Part shown: positions 10,651-24,627 of the stretch, piece after piece
Position numbering within the stretch: the first letter of the stretch is position 1
How the letters are laid out: every line of letters starts with the position of its first letter
NCBI RefSeq assembly: GCF_004010195.1
Contig: NC_057719.1
Location: forward strand, 43,330,679 to 43,391,498
DNA length: 60,820 bases
Source: Chiloscyllium plagiosum
Taxonomy: Eukaryota
Reading direction: 5' to 3'
The notes under the pieces: model-generated
What the model was told of the DNA's origin: nothing
Seen by the model: the letters and a program-made list of their open reading frames with translations, nothing else
Databases searched by the model: none
Made by a program: the position numbers and the translations under genes

Positions 10651-13600
10651 AGGAGAGAACAAATAATTCTATTGAGGTGTCTCAAAATGTAAGTGAAGTA
10701 CAGCAGCTCCACATACTGAGCGCCAATGGAGGAGACAATGCTGGAAGTTGTCACAAAGGGAGGTCATCAAGAGCAGAGTTGTTTGCTAGATCGGTCTGTG
10801 TGTGAAGGCTGTGAAGGAAACTCCTGTTCAATGCATATTGTGGTTCTTTGGCAGCTGTCTTCTATGAGGTTAGAAATGCTCAGGCACCTGCTGAGTTGCC
10901 TGAATTCCCTTCACTGCTTTTTTTGTGTTTCCCACAGGGTCAGTCACAGCGTGGAAGCAGGATATCAAAACCCAGTCTTTCCGAGCCTCCTTGGTGCCGA
11001 ATATTTTTCTTTTCAATTTTCACCAGTGAAGGCGCACTCATGTCGTCTAAATGAAGTTCAGAACAGGGTAGACTGGGTATGCTGCGCCTCACAGATGGAA
11101 GAAGGTGACACAGTGGGCATCCCCCCCCCCACCCCTCAGAGGATGGAAGACAAATGTTCCACAAGGCAGAGATTCTCAAATATTACAAACAAGGAGAGTC
11201 TTCACAAGGAAAATCAGAGATAGATAAGATCCCGAAAGTCAGAGATCTCAGACCATTGTGAAACCCCGTGCAGATAATGGAGGACTGCAAGAAGTCCATG
11301 TGCTCCTCTATGGCTCTAGGCTTGTCCTCTGTCACTGTCCTGTTTTGTCCTCCTTTAGGCCAGAAGTATGCATCAACTCTACTCACCGTCAGAATCACCT
11401 GCTCCCATCTCATCTTTCACAGATAATGGATAATTTGTTCACTATGCTTTCTCTGCTAACCTCTGCTGCTCAAGCAGCCTCTTGTCCTTCTAAAGAGTCT
11501 GTCTTCTCACAAGTTCACAAATACAAGCCTCTGAACCACGCTGGTGGAAACTCTGTGCCATTGGTTGAGCAGCTGAGATTAAAATCTCCATTTTTTATAT
11601 TAGTTGAACAATGCATCCCTCAGCACTCAGGAGCTGACTTGTCAACAGCTGCACTCTAACATTTCCCAGACCCTCCACTTCCTCCATGCCTTCAGATTGA
11701 AAGGTCAAACTGCTCCTTCAAAGACCGAGTGAGCTGTTAAACAGAGCGTGGGTTGCCAGCAACCCCCACCCTTCCCTTTAAAAATCCTGTTGTATTTTAG
11801 CAGTATCAGAATCTGTGACATCTTCCAGACATTTGGTTTTCAATGCGCTATTGAAAATTAAGACCACTGTGTCCCATCTCAAGCGATAAATCACAATATA
11901 AAATTAACATTTTCTTGCTTGTCAAGATGAAGAATGGCAGCACCGCTGTATTGAAGAGTTTCCACATTTTGTATCCTTTGTTGGTAGCAGGGTATTGCCA
12001 GATTTGGTGGAACCTAGCTTCACAGCACCATTTAAGCCTGTTTTAACAATGTTTTAACAATGTGCATTAACACCCAACAAAGAACAATGTCCTATTATAT
12101 TTCAGTGTGATTTTCCACTTATAATGCAAACCATCTTGTCATTTAATGTGAAATTATGGACAGGTTTTGTGCTGTAACCTTGTATGCATTAGGAATGAGT
12201 TGAGAATGTTAAGCCACTTCCCTATAGGACCCTGAAAGATTGCACAGAAAGAACCACATCAGGAATGGATTTTGACATACATCCCAAAGGATAGTTGAAT
12301 CAATGAAAAATTCTTTCAAACTTTCATCATAACTTTGGAACTAAAACTGCAAAATGCTGTAAAAGAAAGTTTTAATGTGTGAGTACACCTCGACAGTATT
12401 CGTGGTCTATCCTCCCATTTTCCAAACACAGTTTCCATGCAATATATTTAACAGCAGTGAGGAAGGAATCAGTGGTTTTAGCTGGTCTGTTTTTGCAGCT
12501 GTTAATAGCTGAATGGTCAGAAGTGGCAAGGGAAAAACTCATTTGTTTTGATTTTTCCTTCAGTTAAGTTAGCCTACACATGACCAAGAGGGCAGTTGGA
12601 ACAGGAAGCCTCCCAGAACTTTGCTGATAACTGCTCTGCAAACCAGCTATTGTAGAAAGAGTAGCCTATGGTTACTCTGCCCTTAATTTTGTTTTCCACC
12701 CTGCAGTCTCCGCTCAGCCCCTCACTCAAGAAAATCAGGCTGAGTATGATCTGTTGAAACACAATTGCCCATTTTAAACCAATTTCACTCCTTTGATATT
12801 TCACATTTTCTTTAATGTTTTTCAAAGAGTTTTAAAATAAATTTCCAACTAAAGAACCTTTCAAGATTGTACAAAAGTCACTCTGACGACTTTAAACGGC
12901 TCATTAAAAATATATTACAAAGACACATGGAACATATCAGAAAAACTCTAGCTCAGTAAAATCAAAAGATGCATGGATTTAATTTGTTGCTTTGTTGAAC
13001 TACAGCCAGGCAAGCTGGGGTAGGGAGGAGCCCCTTTAACAACCTTGCATGCATGAACAGATCCACGTTTAAAGAACTGAACTGAAATACAGCTTTCAGG
13101 AATATTTTCTTTTCTTGGAATGTTTTTGGAAACTTCTGAATGCTTACTGTAAATCTTTGATGGCATGATCCCCCTGTTAAAAAAGCACACCCATATTTTG
13201 GACTTTGAATTACAGGGAAAACGTTCTACCCATGAGTAGTATGTTCTTTCTGCCCCCACCCCCACACTGCTCTTGGCTTTCATAGGCTTCACAAAGTATT
13301 TGGCCTGATGCCCAACCAAAAGCTACAGAATGGTGTAAAAGTTCAAGACAGTTGGCAGTATGGTCAATGAAGTTGTTGGGGAGCTGTACAAGATGCACAA
13401 AACTTTGGTATAACTTCAGGTGTGATTTGAGAAAAAACAGCGTCCAATTTCCAGGATGTTCGCAATTTTATAACAATGACTACACCGTACACTTCTCCGC
13501 CCTAATTTTGGACAATTTTAAGGGGAAAAGTATGGATGAGTATAGTCTAGGTTTATGCTAATAAGCAAATCTACAAAGAAATAATTTGGAATTCAAAAAT

Positions 13601-14199
13601 TTAGGGAATGCAAAGTAGGTTTGGATGGCACCAAAGTTTTTACGTGTATAGATCCCAAATCTTGATCAGTATAGCATTTGGTGGTAAACCACAGATTTTT
13701 TAACCCATCAACTGATTGAGTTTTTTTTTCTGGCTGAACTCATTTCAGTTTTGTTTTGCCCTGTATCTTTGCTTATGCAGTTAAAACATACTTTAATCCT
13801 GAAAATAGAATCTAAAATTTATTTTAATTACAAGGTGTTTCTGAAACTGAGCATCAAAGATTTATAAATTCTAGTGTGCAAGCGCAAAGCGATTTTGAAC
13901 AAAAATATAGGTCAAATGGTATTTCTAAAGTAAATAATCTTTTATAATTCATACACAATTGATAAGAACCATTCCTGTCCTTGGGTTGCATTCCTTAACT
14001 AATGATATTTTATTTCAAAAGCAATCCAAAAAGAATCCTAATGACTTGCTCTCACCCAAAACCCTGTGATGTGTTGTACCAAACTTTGCTTTCCACATTT
14101 CTGAGTTAATAAGAATATGAATAAAGTGAAGAGGCAGATGGATCTAGGGAGTGAGTAAAGGTTAACAAAGAGAGGCAATATTGAAAAGCAGTGAATGTA

Positions 14200-15045
14200 T
14201 GTTAAATTATATAGAAATTTGGTCAGATTTGGAATATAGTTCAGATCTCCATATGATAAAAATTATATGTAGACACTGGTGAAAGAAATGAAGATAAACC
14301 TGGATGATTCCAGAACTAGAATATGAAAGCAATTGGGAAAGGTTGTACAGACTGTAGTTCTTTCCTCCAGAAAAAGAGAAGCCACAGGGGTAGCCTGATA
14401 GAATTCTAGAGGATCTCACTCATGAATGAAAAATGACCAAGAGGGCATAGGTTCAAACTAATGTGGAAATAAAGCAATGGTGTTGTGAGAAAATCGTTTG
14501 AGCAAATTGTTCAGGTACAGATGGACTGCCTGCAAAGGTGGTGGAGGTAGGTTCAACTGAGACAAATATTCAGGACAGCATTGGATTATGAATTGGATAG
14601 AAATCGTTTGCAAGGTTGTGGGGAAAAGGCAGAAGATTGTCACTGGGCAACAGAACAGACATGGACATGATGGCCTCCTTTGGCAACATAACAATTTTGT
14701 GATTCTGTTTCTGTGATTGATGATCATGAAGAACTTTGAAAAGGTAGATATAGAGATATTTCCACTTATTGGGAAAACCAAAAATAGGGACTCTAAATGT
14801 AAGATGGTCTCTAACAAATCCAATGGGGAATTTATTTTAGAAGCTTCTTGACCCAGACAGTTCTTAGAAGTATGACAAGTAGTTGAGGAGATTAGTCTGG
14901 GTGCATTTAAGAGCAAACTTGACATACACATGAAAATCATGCTGATATTTAGATGAAGAGGGATGGGAGAAGGGTCAACAGAGGTTTGGGATTGGCATAG
15001 CCAAGTTAGGCTGAACAGTTTGATTTTTTCCAAGACTTTCCAAGA
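14200..15045 (+). mobile_element. Several highly decayed CR1 3' fragments
   Basis: LVRSDLEY-like, MIPELE, RLYSFFSS-like remnants and CR1 3' UTR-like stretches. Confidence 0.55.
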
Positions 15046-15049
15046 CATC

Positions 15050-15338
15050 ACAAAGAACAAAGAAAATTTACAGCCTAGGAACAGGCCCTTCGGCCCTCCA
15101 ACGCTGAGCCGATCCAAATCTACTGTCTAAACCTGTCGGTCAATTCCTAAGCATCTGTATCCCTCTGCAGCCCACCTACTCATGCATCTGTCCAGATGTA
15201 TCTTAAATTAATCTACTGTGCCTGCGTCTACCACCTCTGCTGGCAACGCATTCCAAATGCCCACTACCTTCTGTGTAAAGTACTTACCGCGTGTATCCCC
15301 CTTAAACTTTCCACGTCTCACCTTGAAAGCATGACCTG
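15050..15338 (-). mobile_element. Young CR1 3' end
   Basis: FKVRRGKFKGDTRGKYFTQKVVGIWNALPAEVV; (acaaaga)n tail; near-identical to 26445-26650. Confidence 0.9.
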
Positions 15339-16226
15339 CATATTCTATGTAATTCTTTAGGAATGACGTAATGGTTTGTGCTTTAACCATTTTCATTGGA
15401 AAACCATTTCATGATTATAATCTCAAGGAAAGAAACTTTTCATCCTCATGTTTCACTTTTCTAATGGCAATTTGAAGTTGATGATTCTTCAGTGCTGACT
15501 ACAAGGTTCCCCGATTTTAAAATATCCAGTTTATGAATGCTCGTACTTACAAACATACAAGGCTACCATTTTAAAGACCTGACATATGAAAATTTCTTGT
15601 ATTTACAACCAACTCCTGCATTATGTTCCATACAAATCGACTTGCAAACAGACTCCAGAATGGAACCATTCACATCCCAGGGACTCCCAACCAGAAGAAA
15701 TTATATATCCCTATTCATCCAATTCTTAAAACCTTAATTAAATATCCTCCTGTCCTTCACTGATTCAGTGAGGTAATACCTAGGGTAGAAACTACAGTAC
15801 CAAGGCTATTGCTGCAAGAAGACTACGTAAAGATTAGTCCTCTTGAGTCATCAATATATGACCAGTTTGCTCAGTACACCAGTTGCCACAGGGGAAATGT
15901 ACTGTTCCTAAGGAGTATGAAGAGCAGCCATCAAGGAGACATGTATTGGACCCAAGTTAAGTCTGGAAGAGGATTGGAGAAAGAGCAGATCAAGTCTTCA
16001 GCTAGAAATTGCAGAAGGCAAAGCCCCACATTTAGGTAACAAATAATAAATTCATAGAGATTTACTTCTTGACGACTGCCTTCAGCATTTCTGTTAAGTC
16101 TCACTGATTTGGCAATAGGCACCAGGATTTCAATAGCTGTTGTGCGTTGTCATCAGACTCAATCCACATTGGAAAGGCAGTCTGGAACATAGCCATCTGC
16201 ACATGTTACTTGCATCAAATACTTGT

Positions 16227-16537
16227 TTTTTTTTTGTTTTTTTTTATATTTTTTTTACACAGTGAAAGACACAAAGTGCACAAATCTTTATTCAAATTCC
16301 ACCACCAGGAAGACAGGAAAACACCCGGGTGGCCAGTGACAAACACTGCCCTTCACATCAAAGGGCAGTGCTGTGTGATCAAAACAGTGAGGGGGAGGGT
16401 AGGGACTAAATCAAAATAGAGTTGGAGGGAGAAATGATGCACTCCACTCCCTGCGGCGCCCACCTCTCCCTGAACAACTCCAGGGTGTTGGTGGACACCG
16501 CGTGCTCCTTCTCCAAGGACACCCGGGCTCTAACGTA
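16227..16537 (-). mobile_element. 5'-truncated Tx1/L1-clade LINE 3' end with poly(A)
   Basis: Minus strand YVRARVSLEKEHAVSTNTLELFRERWAPQGVECIISPSNSILI*, AATAAA, poly(A); 13-bp TSD atcaaatacttgt at 16214-16226 and 16538-16550. Confidence 0.85.
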
Positions 16538-17049
16538 ATCAAATACTTGTATCTGACAGGCCCTCTATAATTAGTAATGAGGACCCTAATCAGCATGGAA
16601 AACAAAGTACTTCCTGTGCATTTTGCTCATGTGCAATCAATTTAACATATTTTGTAAGCTTTCAACCCATCATGCACTGAAAGCATAGATAGTGATGTCC
16701 AAGCTTGCCTTCTGATTATCAATATTTATCCCAGCATCCTGATAAATATATGTTGTATGCTCTTGATGGTTCTGATGGCCTTTGATTGACCATACAGAAT
16801 TCTTCATTCTGTACCATCTGAGAGCAATTTCTACCTGCCAGCCACCTGCATCTTACCAAAACAGATTTCGAAAATTGGGGTTAGGTGTGGGAGAATTGCA
16901 GAGTGATTAGCCCACAGCAACCATAAGTCCACCTGAATCTTTAATAGCAGCTCTGTAAATGGATGAGTGATCCTCTCACCTGAAACTGGCTATTCCTGGG
17001 CAGCCTCCACAACCATATACTCATCCAAAACATTGCTGTCAAACAGTGT

Positions 17050-17235
17050 TCCCTCCAAGCGTCCTAACTCAACCAAGACCAGGTCACCTTATGCTCATTG
17101 GCCTGAGAAGCAATTGCCTGATTTTAACATTTGGTTTCATATCCCTCCATGGCCTCAATCTCTTTATCTCTGTGACTTCCTCTAGCCTCACTCCTTTCTG
17201 AGATATTTGTGCTCCTCTAATTCTTGAGCATCCCT
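17050..17235 (+). mobile_element. L2 fragment
   Basis: Similar to the L2 3' region at 9400-9600 (tccctccatggcctc...tgagatatttgtgctcctctaattct). Confidence 0.55.
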
Positions 17236-18264
17236 ACATATGTTCCTTGTATTGGATGCTGATAATATTTTTAAATGGTGACCATCTGGTTCACTGTATA
17301 TTCTGAGTGTAAATTGACTCCATTTTTCGAGAGTATTTCCAAGCTTTCAAATGTCAACTTATGTTTATGAGTAATCAGAATATTGATTGAGATTGTTTCT
17401 GGGAAACTTTCCTTATGGAACATTGTCAAATTCTGACATTTGCAAGTTCCACTTGAAAACAGTAAGTAGAACAATGGTTTACAGATTTAATCATACTGCC
17501 ATGGTTAATCTTTTCAGATTATCAGCACATGTAACACAGGAAATGAATTGTAAATGGAGAAACTGATTCACATGTGAAAAAGATGCTTTGAGAGCATACC
17601 TTGTCAGTTTTTTAAAAACCATGAGCAGTCGACTGAAGGGGTTCTGTTAAATGATGGAGCAAGTTATCATAAAACAGATGGAATTGTTGTCCAATACTGG
17701 AGACAAACAACAATAAAGTGCATTGTTTCCTTACCAAAACAAAAATAACTTAATCATCTGCTTATCTTGGGTAATTATTGTCATTTTTTTTTATGAAGGT
17801 TCAGAAACACATGCAGAAACTTTTAGCTGGTCCTTTAAAAAAAAGCAGGCGATGGAAACTACTCTTAGGAAGTCGTATAACGGATGTACAGGCTAAAAGT
17901 CAGTTAGCTGAATCTAACAGAAGAGCACTATATTTAGGCAAGTGATCTTCAAAAGACAAGCTGCTGCAGTCAGACCTCTGCATTGTCTGCAACATGCTCA
18001 GTTGCCTGCTGGACTGCATTAAGGGTGGGTTGCTGTTTTGCCAATAGTTATCAAAGACAACCATCCCATAATTTCTTTCACTCATACCTGTTGCCATTAG
18101 AGATGGAAGCCACATCTCCCAGTCTGAAGGACACAGACACATTAAATACATCATCAAAGCTCTGTTTATCAAAACTGCCGAATAGATCAGCTTCACCTAT
18201 TGTTGATAGCTATTGGCAGCAAAACAAACACACAGGAGCTGGGAATTTGAAGCAGTGACAGTCT

Positions 18265-18830
18265 TTCTTCATGTTCAGGGTATCGTTGACTGTACTCCAT
18301 GGCGATTTCCAGAGAGGAAAGGTGTCATTGTGAGGCTAGATACCCAACATTTAGTTGGAAGAGATTTCTGATTAAAGACAAGGGATGTATGTTTATCGTG
18401 GCGAAAGTCACTGAGGATGTAATTTGTCACTTTGATATTTGCCTTTATTGTACTTTGGAAGAAAAAGAAACTTGATTGGAGGGATTCAGATATAGAATTC
18501 TGGAAGAGACAGGCATGAATCTGGGAGGAAACAGCAGGATCAGGACTTGGAAGGCAAGAGAGGTTGGAGATGGAGCTGAAGTACAGAGGGTCAAGGAGAT
18601 GGTTTTCTAAGGAGACAGTGACAACAGCAGATTTGAATGAGAAAGACAGAATCTGAAGAGAGAATATCTTTAGAAATGTCAGCTAACATGAGAGGCAGGA
18701 AGGGAAGTTGTGTGGTCATTAGTTTAGTGAGGATAGGGCTGAAAACTAGGAAGTGAGTCTCATGGACAAGGTGAGTTTGGAGAGGGAATGGGGGAGATAG
18801 GAGAGAAATTAAAGAAAGATACAAATGAAG
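18265..18830 (-). mobile_element. Decayed L2-clade ORF2 fragment
   Basis: Purine-rich plus strand; minus strand has LPFLPL, ISNLS and D-TLN-like L2 RT remnants. Confidence 0.45.
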
Positions 18831-20253
18831 AGCCAGAGCAAGGGCATCCCTACAGGAAGTTTAATCTGGTGAGCTTGTGGAACAGAGTGATAGTGCAAAG
18901 TGCAAGACTTGATAGTACCGGACTTGATAGTTGCTCAACCCAACTGTGGTATTAAGAGCTAATATCAGTTGCCTGCATAATGCATATTGGTAAGTCTGCA
19001 TACTTTGGATGTATAAGATTAGTGATGAGAACTGGGGAATAGCCTAGTTAACAGAATGGTTTCAATGACTTAATGAAAGTAGTTTTGGCAAGTTTTATTG
19101 AGAGAATTGTAAAGGTGAAGAGGGCTATATTTACATTTGTGTTATTGTTGAATAACTTCTTAAAGTTTAAAGCTTTGTCCTGGGTTATGCTGTTGATGGT
19201 GACTGTCAGCCAGGATAGAGCAGGCCCACTCGATACTGACCCGAGGAATGTCCTGCAGGTCAGAGTCCTGCCCTTACCTTCCCTATATGGAGCTCCACAA
19301 AATCACCTGAAAGCCTAAAGATTGTCCTAAAATGCATTACTATAAAGATAGTTCTTCACAAATAGTGAACAGAAAGTTGGCAACAGGGAATACAACCTTA
19401 ACCTTAAAACCTGCAAACTCAATTTAGACCTTGGGAGGCATCCAGAAGTTGTGCTGTGAAACTTGGCAGACTGCCTGTTAGCCCACACACTGCCAATAGG
19501 CAGGTGCACATTCATTATATTGAAGTTAGGGGGGACTCCCACTCACTCCTTGCCCTTCAGTCTTGAAAATCTCTAAAAACGTCAGAGCTGCAGATCATTG
19601 ATGTCGTTTCAAAAGTGTGCATTGTCAGGTTTCATTCTGATTTACATTTATGGATTTTGTGATAGTGATATATGTAACCATTTGTGTGAAATGTTGCTCT
19701 CATGTGGCAGTTGCTGAGTTTTTCCTTCTTACAGCCCTGCCCACTTACGCATGCCCAATCATCAACCTATTGTTTATAACATCAATAACAAGGTTCAGCT
19801 GGATAGATGCATATGTTCATGGAGTAAAGCAGGTGGAACGTTAGTCACCTTTTTTTAAGCTTAGCTTCCTGCTACCGTAATCAACATTTCACTTAGGCAA
19901 GAGATTTCAGGTGTTTGACAAATAATTACCAATATCAGACAGCTTCCTTTACTTTTAAACTATTTTAGCTTATTTAAAGGCTATGAGCTTGAGGTCTGAA
20001 CCTGACATTACTCAGCATTAGACACGGAAATGATTTAGCAGTTGAATTCCCAGAATGAAGCAAATTCCTAGATGTACTCACTAGACTGCTGGTTCATTCA
20101 GCAGAAGGCTCATCTACACTGACCACACTCATCACTCTTAACTTTCTGCATATATTTACAAGACAATCTGTATTGGCTATTGATCACTTATTCCTAATTA
20201 TCTTTCCTGTTAAGTACAGGCCTGCTGCAGATGGACAGTAGTAGTAAGAATGG

Positions 20254-20365
20254 GGAGAAAGTGAGGACTGCAGATGCTGGAGATCAGAGCTGAAAATGTG
20301 TTGCTGGAAAAGCGCAGTAGGTCAGGCAGCATCCAAGGAACAGGAGAATCGACGTTTCGGGCATA
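20254..20365 (-). mobile_element. PLE family A 3' terminus, truncated inside hammerhead helix II
   Basis: Reverse complement of 1946-2058; includes tail; no TSD seen. Confidence 0.85.
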
Positions 20366-21634
20366 TAGCCTTTATAATGAACTCCAACAATTTCCCTATG
20401 ACAGATGTAAAGCTAACTAGCCTATATTTATCTTTTTAATTCCTTTATCTTATGAAAGTTTGCTACGTCATTAAAGATAAATTATATGTTAGCCAAATAC
20501 TACACTTTCCAAGATTGTATCATTTCAAATCTCTTGACACTACAGAGCAAATCTGAGTTTTCTAAGGAAGATCCTGACATGGCTCAGAAACATGATGAGT
20601 TCTAGTTCATATTTTAAATTAATTCATACTATGTCAGATACTGAACTGATCTCTTTTTATTGCAGCTCTCCTCTGTCTTTGGTTGAATGTTGCCTTGATG
20701 TTAAGGGCAATAATTTGCACCTAACCTCTGGAAAAACAGGCTTTGTCTCCACGGCTTAATGAAGTATGGAACTAAGTGATCTGGTTGAACCAAAACTAAG
20801 AACTAGCAGGTTGGTTTTACTGAATAATTTTACTATTTATGATTTCTTCCATCACTTACTAACAATTCAGAGTAGGCTGACTAATAATTCTGAACTTTAA
20901 CTGAGTTCCATGGTCTGCATGATTGTAAATTTGTCAGTTTTTACGTAGCACATTGGTAAAACTTAGATTTCATAGTAACCACAGTGATGTTTTGTAACGT
21001 TGCACATTCATTAAGCAAAACTCTCTATATAATTGTGACCAGTAATTAATCTTTCAGGGACTGAAATATGAGCAAAATGTTCAAATTCATCCATCAGATA
21101 GACTGCACTCCATTGTTCAGATATGCTGTTCTTATTTCCTATATCAGTTATGTGTACAAAGGCCTTTTAGTCATGTGGCTAGGCAAAAATATACTCATCA
21201 TCCTCAAAGGGAAAATTCTATGTGCAACACCTATGGTTGCAAACTCAAAAGTAAAGAGACACTATTTGGAGGGAGGTTATTAAACTTTAGAGAATAATCT
21301 TGCTTTAGTTGTTTATTAGGTGAGATTTTCTGGAGTTGCAGGTACACAACTTGAACTTTGAACGTACAATATTTTTCAGAGAGGAAGGTAGAGCTGTTTC
21401 ATCTTTTTGCAGGCTATAGCCAACATCTTTCATCTGATAGGCCTCCAGAATGACACTGTGATTACAGAAAGTCATTGTTGTCTTGCAAGATAGTACCTTC
21501 AGTTTAAATAAAAACATTAAGGGTGCAACATCTCCTGACCTGGGCTTTTCACATAAGTTGATTGGTGACCACTTCATGTGTCAGACAACAGCATAGTTTT
21601 AGTTTATTCATTCGCCGAATGGGTGTCATCTTCA

Positions 21635-21760
21635 AACCCAGTACTGAAGAAGAGTTATTCTGAACTCAACACTTCAACAGATGCCGCCAGATTGATGATT
21701 TTTCTCCAGCTTGCATTGGGTTTGTTTCAGGTTTCCAGCATTTGTAGTTTTCTTTTACTT
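21635..21760 (+). mobile_element. Old PLE terminus with decayed hammerhead motif
   Basis: CTGAAGA A GAGTT attctg AACTC then mutated core; downstream cagatgccgccaga...tttccagcatttgtag matches 47190-47250 and 44455-44530. Confidence 0.6.
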
Positions 21761-21769
21761 TTATTGGCA

Positions 21770-23850
21770 TGCCTGTCAGTGTGTTGCATCTAACCCCTAC
21801 AAAACTTATTAAAGGAAAGAAACCAGACAGACTGCCCAGCATCAACCAAGGTAACAGAAGTGATGATGGCACAAACTGTCCTATCGATCTTGCAAAATCC
21901 TCCTTTACTCACATCTTGGTGCTTGTCCCAAAAGTGGCACAGCTATCCCACAGACTAGTCATTCACTACATTGCCTGTAAGTTATGATTTTGTTAAACTG
22001 ACCACATCCCAGCTGTAATCTTCACCATTTGTGAGTAAATCAAGCTCCACTGAAAAGATAGTCTCAGAGATGGCAGCACAGTGGTATACAGTTAGTTGGG
22101 AATTGCCCTGGGAGTCCCCATTCTGATGAATGTACCTCTTGAAGTCTCAAGGCATCAGGTCAAATATAGGAAAGGAAACTTCTTTCCGGTTACCACATAC
22201 TGCTCGATCAGCTGATGAATCAATCCTCTTCCATATTGAACATAACTTGGAGGAAGCACTGAGGGTGGTCAGTGAAGAGTTTACTCTAGGTGTGGGACTT
22301 CAAGGTGCATCACTAAAATTGGCTCAGTAGCATCACTCCTGATAGAGTAGGCCAAGTGCCAATGGACTAAGCTGCTAGAATGTACCTGATGCAGGTAGTG
22401 AAGGAGCCAACGAAAGGGAACAGTGCACTTGACCATGTCCTCCCTAATCTACCCATAGCTGATTCATCTGTCCATGACAGTATCAGTAAGCATGACCACT
22501 GTACAAACCCTGTCGAGACAAAGTTGCACCTTCACATTAAGGATACCCTCAGCTGTGTTGTGTGAGACCACCACCCCTATACTGAATAAATGAACAAAAC
22601 TAACAAAGCAACACTGGCCATCCATGAGGCGCTGTGCATCATCAGTAGCAGCAGGATGAGAACCGACTGCAAACTGTCCCCTTATGACCCAGTATATAGC
22701 TCACTCTATTGTTACCACGATTGTTGGTTCAACGGAGTTCAAAAGGGCATGTCAGCAACAGCAGCAGGCATACCCAAAAATGAGGTGCCACCTGGTGATA
22801 ATACAAGTCTGGACTACTTGCGTGCCAGACAGTAGAAGTTGCATGAGATAAACAAGTTAAGCAATCCTATAACCAATGATTAGATCTTTGCACAGCAGTC
22901 CTGCCACATCCAATTATGATTGGTGGCGGACAATTAAAAAATTCACGAGAGGATAAGGTTTCACAAATAACTCTATCCTCAATGATCGAGGACAGCACAG
23001 CAGTGCAAAGGAAAAGACCAAAACATTTTCAAGCATCTTCAGCCAGGAGTTCCAATCAGTCAATCCATCTCAGCCTTCTCCTAATGACCTCAGTATTGTA
23101 ATTGCCAAATTCCAACCAATTCAATTCACTTTCCTGCAAAAGTCATGGGCCCCGACAACATTTCAGCAATAATACTGAAGATTTGTGATCCAAAAATAGC
23201 TGGGCTCTATCCAGAAAGCTGTGGCAGTACAGATACAACACTAGCATCTACCCAGCAATGTGAAAAAATGACTATGCCCTGTCCAGAAAAAGTAGCAGAA
23301 ACATCACCATGTGCAAATTTCCCTCCGAGTCACATTCCATTCCTGACTTGGAAATATATCATTATTCTTTCATCATCACTGGGTAAAAATCCCTAACAAC
23401 ATTCTACCCCATATGCTCAGCAGCAGTTCAAGAATAGAATCCCTACAGTGTGGAAACAGGCCATTCAGCCTGACAAGTCCACACCAACTCTCTGAAGAGC
23501 ATCCCACTCAGATTCACTCCCCTACCCAATCCCTGTAACATGCATTTCCCATGGCAAATCCATCCAACCTACATATCCCTGGACATTGTGGGCAGTCAAT
23601 CCACTTCACTTGCACATTGTTGGACTATGGGAGGACACTGGAGCATCTGGAGGAATCTCATGCAGGGAGAATGTGCAAACTCCACACAGACAGTCACCTG
23701 AGGCTGGCATTGAGCCTGACTCCCTGGTGCTTTGATGCAGCAGTGCTAACCACTGTGCCACCCCCAGCTGAGTGCATTCTCCAGGGGAATCAGAAATGTG
23801 CAATAAATACTGGCCCAAAGCAACCCCATTCCATCAATGCATTTTTCAAA
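21770..23850 (+). mobile_element. Old CR1/L2-superfamily LINE (AP endonuclease to 3' end, with deletions), interrupted by an HE1-type SINE
   Basis: LEEALRV, GDF-VHH-like, QVVKEPTKGNSALDHVL, MGPDNISAIILKIC remnants. Confidence 0.75.
23434..23765 (-). mobile_element. HE1-type V-SINE
   Basis: tRNA-like head ggtggcacagtggttagcactgctgc, V-domain gtggagtttgcacattctcc, CR1-like tail. Confidence 0.9.
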
Positions 23851-24281
23851 ATGTAAAATGGACTGGCACTCACTGGTGCATCCTCTGAGTGCAGCCGAGG
23901 ATAGTAAACATACAATATCACAATCATGACTGAAATGTGCTGATATAATGCAAAGATATCAATATTGGTTAATTGATGTGCTTGTAACATCTTGCTCATT
24001 TGATCCTGAAACAATATGCTTTCAGAAACAAGTTGGTCCCTAGTCTGGGAAAATTTAAACAGCTCCTTGAAAGATTGCAGCTGGAGCAAAGTTTGTGGAT
24101 GCATTTTGATGGAGGAAAGGAGAAATTTGAAGGCTTCTGTTGTCTACAGGAAAGCAGGAAATAGCAGTTTTGCAGAGATATGGGGACAATATTTGCAATC
24201 TGCAACGTGATAGAGATATACAGAGGAGGAGACAGACAGGCAGCCTGATGGAGAAACTTGGCCCAGTCTCAGAGCTGGAGT

Positions 24282-24342
24282 AAAAGCAAATTACTGCGAA
24301 TGCTGCCAGACCTGCTGAGATTTTCCAGCATTTTCTCTTTTG
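24282..24342. mobile_element. Collapsed remnant of a PLE fold-back insertion
   Basis: Minus-orientation tail fused to plus-orientation arm end; flanked by gtctcagaRctggagt at 24266-24281 and 24343-24358 (15/16). Confidence 0.65.
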
Positions 24343-24627
24343 GTCTCAGAACTGGAGTGATAAGTATAAGGTCAAAAAACAGTCCTATTCCTCAGGGCTC
24401 TGCTGTTACTTTCACCTTTCCTCCAGAGGCTGCAGAGGCTGAGCACCTACAGTCCTTGACTATATGAAAGCACAATGTCCTAAACAGAGAGTGGCTTCCA
24501 AAGAAAGGTGAGGATGGGGATGAAAGTATAGCATCCAGGATTACTCGACCTGTAGTTTCAAATTTCACAACACTTTTCGAGATGGTGGTGTAGAACAAGC
24601 TAAAACATGCATAAGGCAGCAACTTAC

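Noticed and set aside
10690..11870. ORFs 10726-11223 and 11258-11659
   Set aside because: No recognisable domain or exon structure; probably an old DNA transposon remnant (weak Harbinger-like end near 11854-11866), too weak to call
14458..15117. 219-aa minus-strand ORF
   Set aside because: Chance read-through across a CR1 tail and antisense decayed CR1 fragments
15780..16200. DIRS-like YIDD and DN-TTA motifs on the minus strand
   Set aside because: The motifs are short and in the wrong order for RT followed by RNase H
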